NCBI RefSeq assembly: GCF_964204645.1 | Contig: NC_134034.1 | Coordinates: forward strand, 3,117,814-3,181,813 | DNA from: Tubulanus polymorphus | Lineage: Eukaryota; Animalia; Nemertea | Length of the DNA: 64,000 nt | Direction of reading: 5' to 3' | Shown here: positions 55,219 through 64,000 of the stretch, in pieces | Layout: every line of letters starts with the position of its first letter | Numbering within the stretch: position 1 is the stretch's first letter | Made by a program: the position numbers and the translations under genes | The notes under the pieces: generated by a model | The model's input: only the letters and a program-made list of their open reading frames with translations | The model's database searches: none | Told to the model about the DNA's origin: nothing

Positions 55219-56226
55219 TTCTGTTCACTGTTGACGTGAGTATATACAAGCCTACCTCAATAACGTGCGGCTTGTTGTTTAACATGGAAAGGACCATTAC
55301 AAACCGTAGTCTCTTAGATTCTTCCATCATACCAGAACGCTTGTAATACCACACGTTCACTCGCAAGGACAAGGTACCAACTTCAACTTACACTTACAAC
55401 AAAACTCAAGTTAAAAGAAATAATCTGATAGCGTCGTAATTAATGTGACGTGTAAAATGTCTATTTCAACTTTACTTGAGAGCATATCAGATGGCCTAGC
55501 TCGATCATCTTTGATGGTGCATTCCTGATAGAAGTCTTATTAGGACCAGGAAGCACTGGCAGTGGACCTAAAACCTCGATTTTTAATCCATTTTCGCTTT
55601 ATTGAAGGATATCCAAAAAGTCTTCATTGAAAGGGGTTAAAAAGTCTAAAAGAGAAAATTGACTCCATGATTTGAAAGTTTAACAATATGTTTCCATGCC
55701 CGCATACGAAACTTCTGTTGGTGCATGAAGGCACATCTACCGCCAAAATTGTTCTGTATCGGGGGTTGACTGTAGTGGGTTTTTATTTTGATACTGATCT
55801 CATTTTTGCTCGGTTAAATATACGGAAAATAAGCAATTTTTAACAAACTCAGCTATTTTTTAACATAAGTTCGTCAATTCAAAACTACCCAGAACCTTTA
55901 ACAACTATATTGGAACTTCAATTACCAAATTAACAATTTACCGGTACCTGTTTATTACTTGTGGGCATGATTTTGAGTGACACGGCCTCGATAGACCGTT
56001 TCAGTCTCTCCGTGTAGCCCCGTTATCTTGTTACAATTTTCTTCCTTTAAACTACTATTTGTAGTCATCCAATGATTTATCATTTAATGAAAGAAATTTC
56101 AGTTAAGGGAACATCAAGCGTTAGGCCCAAATAAGGTCAAGGACTGCTGCTCCCAAATTGTGGATGAGAATATGTATGGAACAAACAACGGCAATTTTTC
56201 CGAGGCAGTGCGGCGAGCGGAATGTG

Positions 56227-57234
56227 TTAAGAACGGCGACAACACTGAGAAAATATCGATTTTATTACTAGTTTAAATTTATTGCTATAAACGTAATAGA
56301 AAATACCATTAACGGCCGAATTGATGGCCTGAAAAACTGTATCCGTCAATAACACCGGCCATGTTACTGACCACGGTAAATACATAGCGTTAAAGGCCAT
56401 CTCGGGTAGGATCGAAACCATGAATATCGCTGAGGCGACGAATACCATTCGAAGACCCTGTTGATTATCTCGCTTCTCATTCTCGGAGCCCACTGCTTTT
56501 ACCCCGCCGGTTAGCCGGCGTCTGGCGCGACGGTGAATCGCCAATTTCGTTATCATAATTAAGTTTAGCAAGGGCACGAAAACGAACGCGAAATACGTCG
56601 CGAAAATTGCTTCGATTAGATACGATATCCGCGGCGCCGAGTATATTTCGACGATGCCGAGTACCGTCAGGCCGAACGTGCATTCTTCATTGACGAGAGC
56701 GATTCGACGATTGCGCACGGCGCGATACGTCCACAACCCGCTCCAACTGATTAACCACGCGCCGACGATAAAGTTACAATGCTGCACTTTCCACTGTTTC
56801 GCTTTCAACGGAAAGCAGATATGCACCGCGCGATCGAACGCCACCAATACGGATATACCGTTTCGAAGAGTAATCGACCATTTCATCATGCAGTTTCCGA
56901 GCATAATGAGCTCCGGCGACCCGTAAGAGGGAAGCCAAGCGCCGACGTAAAGCCCGTGACGCGCGAACTTCAAAATCCAGTGCAAATGGTTTTCGATAAC
57001 AATCGACAAACTGACGAAAATGTCGGCGATCGCGAGTAACAACAGGTTGTAATACGACGTGGCGTGATTGTTCGCTTTAAACAAACGGTACAACGCGACG
57101 ATCGTGATGGGGTTGGTGATCATACCGAACCAGCCGATCGGAGCGGCTACCAACACCACAACTCGCGTCCATACAACGCTTATCAGATGGACACAGTTGG
57201 CGAACGCCGCATCGGAGATGTTGAGCGCCGTCAT
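56227..57234 (-). CDS. Intronless class A peptide-type GPCR, ~335 aa from MTALNIS
   Basis: GMITN, LAIAD, AFDRAVHICFPL, FMVSILPE, INSAVNGIFYY; seven TM segments. An upstream ATG at 57348 is possible. Confidence 0.87.
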   Translation of the reverse strand: MTALNISDAAFANCVHLISVVWTRVVVLVAAPIGWFGMITNPITIVALYRLFKANNHATSYYNLLLLAIADIFVSLSIVIENHLHWILKFARHGLYVGAWLPSYGSPELIMLGNCMMKWSITLRNGISVLVAFDRAVHICFPLKAKQWKVQHCNFIVGAWLISWSGLWTYRAVRNRRIALVNEECTFGLTVLGIVEIYSAPRISYLIEAIFATYFAFVFVPLLNLIMITKLAIHRRARRRLTGGVKAVGSENEKRDNQQGLRMVFVASAIFMVSILPEMAFNAMYLPWSVTWPVLLTDTVFQAINSAVNGIFYYVYSNKFKLVIKSIFSQCCRRS

Positions 57235-57614
57235 GGTGTTTAAGAGCCTCCGGCGGAGATAGATATGTACTGATAATGATATAGCCGGTGCGCCCGTGGG
57301 AAAAATATATACATATGGGCGAAAGATATATATTCGCAAATGTCGCATCAGTGAACACGTTTTAATAAGTAACTTTCTGCACAGAATCTATACCAAAATC
57401 TCTAAGTAGGATGTTTGTGAAACACGTGGTGTAGAGCCAGACTCTCCTTTGTTAAGTTCGATTTCTCACGCATTTCCACAAAATGCGATGATGCGTCGAT
57501 TTGAACTAATCTTTCGTCCAAACACCTGCCGAAATATTTCACATTTGAGAGGAAAAAATCCGTTATTTCATCCGTTATATCTTGTATTTCGTCCCTAGAT
57601 ATGGTGATGTTTGT

Positions 57615-57667
<53 letters not shown>

Positions 57668-57959
57668 CCTTTTACTTTGTTGTTGTAGTATTAAATATGC
57701 CGATTATTTGGCACAATATAGTACGAATTGAATTGAGAATTAAATCGGGACTCGAATCCATGTTCAAGCTTCAATTGAATCTTAAATCGGGTCTCTTTTT
57801 TGACGTCTTAAAATAAAACGTTACCATTATATGAAACCTAAACAATGTTAATCATACAGCGTCATTTTACAAACGACGACGACAACCTTGAATCGATGTG
57901 CAAAGCGTCACAGGTGTACACATACAAGCTATTTGGCAAAATATTATTGACAAAGATAA

Positions 57960-59985
57960 GATATTATCTACGGGACTTTGATACCTGAAATATCAAAAGT
58001 AGAAATAACAATTGAAGGAATAGCAAATAAAATATTTTTTCAAGGAACGAGAATGATCGATCAATGGCCAGAAATGAGAAAACATTTTATGCATGGAAAA
58101 ATAAAATTATCTGAAGATTGTAATATTGATCAAATTGATTATTATACCGGCAATAAATATGCATTATGGTAAGATTTTACCTTATGAATATAGTAAGTAT
58201 TTTTGAGAATTCTATAATCAATTCAAATATAGAATAAGTAAAATAGATAATAATAAAAGTGGTGTTGTTGATAATTTAAGTAATGAAATTGATTATAATG
58301 ATTTACCTTCTACATCTAATAATGTTTTACTGTTTTAGGATCTAATATAATAAACTTTTTTTATCTTAACTATATCCCTATTATATGTTTTATTCATTTC
58401 ATAAGTAAGGCAGAATAATAAATATTATATTATCAAAATGATTCTTATAAATAGTTTCTAATAAGTTTAATACAAAATGTGTTTTACCACAATTTGTTAC
58501 TCCAGTAACTAACATATTATGCGGTTCAAATATAAATAAATCTTTATTCATTTATTCTTTTAATTTTACTAGATAAAATCCATTCATTGAATTTGTCATC
58601 GTACCCTTTATATTTCACCAGAGAATACTTTTTTCCTTTAAGAGTTTTTGTTTTCAATACTTTTTCTATTTTGTCTTCTATTTCATCTGGATTTGGTACA
58701 AGTGATAATTCTTGTTCATAAAAATAACCTAATATTTCTTCATCTTTTAAATTTTCTAACTTATAAACCGAAGGTTTAGTTAATATTATTTTTTTAATCC
58801 TAAATATTTCTTCAGTAAAATTTGGAGTATAACCTTTTTAAAATGTTTTTCTATATTTAGATATTCTAATATGTTGTCCAATTTTAAATTTAGGTTCTCC
58901 AAAATCATGTGTAACAAACACACCATATAAATTATTCCAAACAACTTCTGAATTATATTCTTTTCTAGCTTGTATGGGTTTCATATTTATAGAACTATGT
59001 TTAGAATTATTCTAACCTTTCACTAAATCATTTCAATACATCGATATATTTATATGTTTCATTAGCAGTAAATATTTCCACATTCTAGTTTTCAACGTTT
59101 TATCAAATCTTTCTATAATAGATGTTTTTTTTATCTGAATGTGTTGAAAAATATTATATATCGTTATCAGATAATAATTTTCTAAAATGTTTATTATAAA
59201 ATTCTTTACGTTCATCAAATTGTATCTTCTTCTTTAAATATATTTTTAAAAGCATTTGCTACTCCTATACCAGTTTTATTTTTGATTGGAATTGACCATG
59301 CATATCTACTGGATATATCTATAACATTAAATATCCAAAAAATATTCTTTATTGTATTCTTCTTAGTTTTTCATATCAATGAAATCTGCTTGCCATTGTT
59401 GATCGATATATGACACAATAACTTTTCTTGTTAAATATCTTTTATCCATTTTCTTATGGATTTGATATGTTGGTTGATTTTGTAACCATAATCTTAATTC
59501 ACTATATTTTATATTTTCATTATCAAATTTTACTTTATCCCATAATTCTGAAAACTAGAATTCACTCTCTGGGTTATAATATAAATCTCTTAAATATTGT
59601 TCTTTTTCATCTTATTTTAATCCATAAATAATAATCTAGATTTAGTTTCAATGACTTTATCATTTGATTTAAAAAACTGATGCTCCAACATAAATTGGTT
59701 TATTAAATTTCATAGATGTTCTTCTCATTTTAACTGCAGCTAAATTTTCATCAAATATTCTGTTACCAATAAATTTAGCTAATAGTTAAAATTTAGTTGA
59801 TTTTATTTAGCTAACATTTTAAATTTATAAGTTGGTATTTTATCTTTTGATCTATTGGAATTTAATATTTCTATTTCATTATTGATTTCTTCTATTTTAT
59901 GGCATAACTGTTTGATAAATAAATGTGCGTCATACCCTGATAAATTATGAAATATTACTGGAACAAAGTTAATTTTCTTAGCTTG
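57960..59985. mobile_element. Degenerate Polinton/Maverick (adintovirus-like) endogenous element
   Basis: Very AT-rich. Plus strand: capsid-like PEISKVEITIEG...KYALW (57978-58170). Minus strand: ATPase with Walker A GVTNCGKT (ATG 58551); integrase WQADFIDM / IDISSRYAWSIPIKNKTG / IERFDKTLKTRMWKY / GYTPNFTEEIF plus chromodomain-like IEKVLK (58560-59430); pPolB VPVIFHNLSGYDAHLFIKQL and ENLAAVKM..NKPIYVG (59650-59985). Confidence 0.85.
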
Positions 59986-60025
59986 GTGGTGGTGGTGGTG
60001 GGGGTGTTGGTGGTGGTCGCGGTCG

Positions 60026-60066
<41 letters not shown>
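59983..60066. repeat. (GGT)n/(GAT)n trinucleotide microsatellite
   Basis: Seen directly in the sequence. Confidence 0.95.
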
Positions 60067-60185
60067 CCTCGGGGCGTGGTTCGTGTCGAGTCGTCGTATC
60101 CAATCTTTTTCGGCGGCTGCTTCGCGGATCGGTCTCGTCGAGCCTGGTAGGTGTTGGAGACCGTACACCCGAAGTTTTGTAAGAC
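60067..60185 (-). mobile_element. Penelope-like GIY-YIG endonuclease C-terminal fragment
   Basis: LRVYGLQ...REAAAEKDWIRRLDTNHAP matches the RxxxExxWIxxLxTxxP(xGLN) end of PLE ORFs. Confidence 0.65.
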
Positions 60186-60194
60186 GGTTTATGC

Positions 60195-60310
60195 GGAGAA
60201 TTTTGAAATCGAGGGATTTCCACATTGTTTTGGCTACGAGTCTGATAATTGTGGATTTCATGTCGAAATTGAAAATAGTTATTAAAAGAATCAGGATTTG
60301 TTATAATTAA
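60195..60310 (-). mobile_element. LINE ORF2 C-terminal fragment
   Basis: PDSFNNYFQFRHEIHNYQTRSQNNVEIPR resembles the PxxFxxYF..HxYxTR motif of CR1/L2-group LINEs. Confidence 0.5.
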
Positions 60311-60440
60311 ACATGAAGCATCCTAACTGTATTTTGTTCATTTCTTTAGTTCTAAGTATTTTCAGTCTTTTAAAGAGTGGATTTTCAATGTATTGTTCAT
60401 TTAAGGCCTTTTTTAATAGTTTGGTTTACGGGGTAGACCT

Positions 60441-60491
60441 ATCGACGTTTCGACTATATCCTAATAGTCATCTTCAGAATTACTGTATTCC
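60441..60491 (-). ncRNA. Inverted hammerhead ribozyme-like motif (GUC site)
   Basis: Minus strand reads CTGAAGA-T-GACTAT-TAGGAT-ATAGTC-GAAA-C-GTC; helix I is weak. Confidence 0.65.
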
Positions 60492-62615
60492 CGAAGATGA
60501 CTATTAGGATATAGTCGAAACGTTGAATAAACTACACTAGCTCAAGGAATACAGTATTCCTGAAGATGACTATTAGGATATAGTCGAAACGTTGAATAAA
60601 CTACACTAGCTCAAGGAATACAGTATTCCTGAAGATGACTATTAGGATATAGTCGAAACGTTGAATAAACTACACTAGCTCAAGGAATACAGTATTCCTG
60701 AAGATGACTATTAGGATATAGTCGAAACGTTGAATAAACTACACTAGCTCAAGGAATACAGTATTCCTGAAGATGACTATTAGGATATAGTTGAAACGTT
60801 GAATAAACTACACTAGTTCAAGGAATACAGTATTCCTGAAGATGACTATTAGGATATAGTTGAAACGTTGAATAAACTACACTAGCTCAAGGAATACAAT
60901 ATTCCTGAAGATGACTATTAGGATATAGTCGAAACTGTGAATAAACTACACTAGCTCAAGGAATACAGTATTCCTGAAGATGACTATTAGGATATAGTCG
61001 AAACGTTGAATAAACTACACTAGTTCAAGGAATACAGTATTCCTGAAGATGACTATTAGGATATAGTCGAAACGTTGAATAAACTACACTAGCTCAAGGA
61101 ATACAGTATTCCTGAAGATGACTATTAGGATATAGTCGAAACGTTGAATAAACTACACTAGTTCAAGGAATACAGTATTCCTGAAGATGACTATTAGGAT
61201 ATAGTCGAAACGTTGAATAAACTACACTAGCTCAAGGAATACAGTATTCCTGAAGATGACTATTAGGATATAGTTGAAACGTTGAATAAACTACACTAGC
61301 TCAAGGAATACAGTATTCCTGAAGATGACTATTAGGATATAGTCGAAACGTTGAATAAACTACACTAGCTCAAGGAATACAGTATTCCTGAAGATGACTA
61401 TTAGGATATAGTTGAAACGTTGAATAAACTACACTAGCTCAAGGAATACAGTATTCCTGAAGATGACTATTAGGATATAGTTGAAACGTTGAATAAACTA
61501 CACTAGTTCAAGGAATACAGTATTCCTGAAGATGACTATTAGGATATAGTCGAAACGTTGAATAAACTACACTAGCTCAAGGAATACAGTATTCCTGAAG
61601 ATGACTATTAGGATATAGTCGAAACTGTGAATGAACTACACTAGCTCAAGGAATACAGTATTCCTGAAGATGACTATTAGGATAAAGTCGAAACGTTGAA
61701 TAAACTACACTAGCTCAAGGAATACAGTATTCCTGAAGATGACTATTAGGATATAGTTGAAACGTTGAATAAACTACACTAGCTCAAGGAATACAGTATT
61801 CCTGAAGATGACTATTAGGATATAGTCGAAACGTTGAATAAACTACACTAGTTCAAGGAATACAGTATTCCTGAAGATGACTATTAGGATATAGTCGAAA
61901 CGTTGAATAAACTACACTAGCTCAAGGAATACAGTATTCCTGAAGATGACTATTAGGATATAGTCGAAACTGTGAATGAACTACACTAGCTCAAGGAATA
62001 CAGTATTCCTGAAGATGACTATTAGGATATAGTCGAAACGTTGAATAAACTACACTAGCTCAAGGAATACAGTATTCCTGAAGATGACTATTAGGATATA
62101 GTTGAAACGTTGAATAAACTACACTAGTTCAAGGAATACAGTATTCCTGAAGATGACTATTAGGATATAGTCGAAATGTTGAATAAACTACACTAGCTCA
62201 AGGAATACAGTATTCCTGAAGATGACTATTAGGATATAGTCGAAACGTTGAATAAACTACACTAGCTCAAGGAATACAGTATTCCTGAAGATGACTATTA
62301 GGATATAGTCGAAACGTTGAATAAACTACACTAGCTCAAGGAATACAGTATTCCTGAAGATGACTATTAGGATATAGTTGAAACGTTGAATAAACTACAC
62401 TAGTTCAAGGAATACAGTATTCCTGAAGATGACTATTAGGATATAGTCGAAACGTTGAATAAACTACACTAGCTCAAGGAATACAGTATTCCTGAAGATG
62501 ACTATTAGGATATAGTCGAAACGTTGAATAAACTACACTAGTTCAAGGAATACAGTATTCCTGAAGATGACTATTAGGATATAGTCGAAACGTTGAATAA
62601 ACTACACTAGCTCAA
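60485..62615 (+). ncRNA. Tandem array of 31 x 69-bp units, each a minimal type I hammerhead ribozyme motif (Penelope-LTR/retrozyme-like satellite)
   Basis: Unit: TATTC-CTGAAGA-T-GACTAT-TAGGAT-ATAGTC-GAAA-C-GTT-GAATA-AACTACACTAGCTCAAGGAATACAG. Cores run from 60491 to 62561 at an exact 69-nt period. Confidence 0.85.
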
Positions 62616-64000
62616 AGTAACATTTTCGGACTTTTTTCTTATTCATTGTGGGATTCTCTCTACATCGCGTCAACACGGATATTGTGTTCTATCAATCGTG
62701 AACTATGAAAATATCATTTCGGAGGAGGAAATACAAATTTCAAAAATTTCCCTTAACGAGATAAAATCACATTTCGATGGAAGAGGGAACTGTCGATAGG
62801 GCAATATACATATGTCCAAACAAATGATTCTTAGGAAGTTCGAATTCTGCAATGAATTCTGTGATCAAAAAAGAACCTCGCGTTTTTCAATCTTTTCATC
62901 ATTCAAGCCAGGATTCTCATTCGGTGGATATGAAAAAAATTTGTTTTGCTCATTTTTCCACCGAATTTGTTCCACGGACGGGAATAAAAAAGTTGTATAT
63001 TCATTTGAATTTTCTTCAAATTTCGGAGAAATTTCGGAGAAATTTTCCCGTAAACCAAGCTATTAAAAAAGGCTTAACCTCAAGACGGGGCGATATTTGA
63101 AAGTGTTGCCCGCGCACTGTAGTAATTCGCCATCAGGAGTCAAACCCGTTTGTCAGTCAGCTCAGATAGTTGATTCAGCGGCTTCACGCCTTATCCCACC
63201 GAGCTAAAAACATCACCTCGTAACGCCCTCTACTGGGCTGATAGCACTTTTAGAATACGAAACCTCGATTAACTGTGCGTTACCTTTCATCGTGATGTTA
63301 AATCCATCCAGACCCAGGTTCATCGTCATCAGACACGTGATGTTATGTCTGACTAGGACAACAAATCCAGAAGAGGTTCTCCATTGTTTCGATATCAGAC
63401 AAACTGAAATTTTAAAAATCTGGTTCGAACTTGAATTCAAGGTTTTCTCTTATGCGGAATATATGTACTCTACTTACGTATTAAAAGCGATTCAATTAAT
63501 ATCGTAGCAACTAGTTTGAAGCAAAGTTTACAACGCTGGAAAAAGGGAAATAAATTAAAGCAAAAGGCCATCAATATATCAAATCATTAAAAACAGAAAA
63601 ATTATCAGAAATATAACTGCAAAACAGTGATAACGGGTTTTCTGCATTGCAAGATCCCCCATAGGTAAAAATCCCCCCACTGGTAAAATATCATAAAATT
63701 TTTAATAACCTACAAGTACATTATGAACTTTTGATTGGTCAAACCCCAGTATAGATCACCGTTATTTGGAAATTCTGGGAGCCCTCCTTTATTTCCTTAC
63801 AAAATGACGTCACAAACAAGCATATCTCCGGAGTACCGGTATAGTCCGATTACGTTATTTAATATTACTAGTCCAAATAAGCCCTTTGCCGGTATGCTGT
63901 AGAACTGTTATTTCGCCGGTGTTTTGGTCTAAGAATTCAATTCAATTCTTAATTGACAGTAACCTAATAAGTAATTTTAAGTTTCAAATAGGATGGACAG

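Noticed and set aside
60485-62615. CRISPR array
   Set aside because: Units are near-identical with no unique spacers, there are no cas genes, and the context is eukaryotic.

Overview
Eukaryotic, intron-rich, repeat-rich animal DNA. The gene content suggests a marine invertebrate, probably a lophotrochozoan (inference). 1-18 kb: a 4-exon RPA3 (+, 120 aa) lies tail-to-tail with a 21-coding-exon MIOS (-, 873 aa, GATOR2 subunit). Both were reconstructed by hand with in-frame splice phases. MIOS carries an apparent U12-type intron, and the introns of both genes are packed with MITEs. 18-57 kb: a receptor-rich accessory region with three intronless class A peptide-type GPCRs (one frameshifted), a ~1925-aa CUB/C-type-lectin/LDLa/LRR GRL101-like GPCR, a small secreted PAN/apple protein next to a solo LTR, a divergent iGluR/IR, and a 14-finger C2H2 gene bracketed by ~490-bp inverted repeats, with a truncated paralog at 19 kb. 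58-63 kb: a collapsed Polinton/adintovirus relic (capsid, ATPase, integrase-chromodomain, pPolB), Penelope and LINE fragments, and the most striking feature, 31 tandem copies of a 69-bp unit, each shaped like a minimal type I hammerhead ribozyme, preceded by an inverted hammerhead copy. All calls come from reading the sequence; no database searches or folding programs were run.
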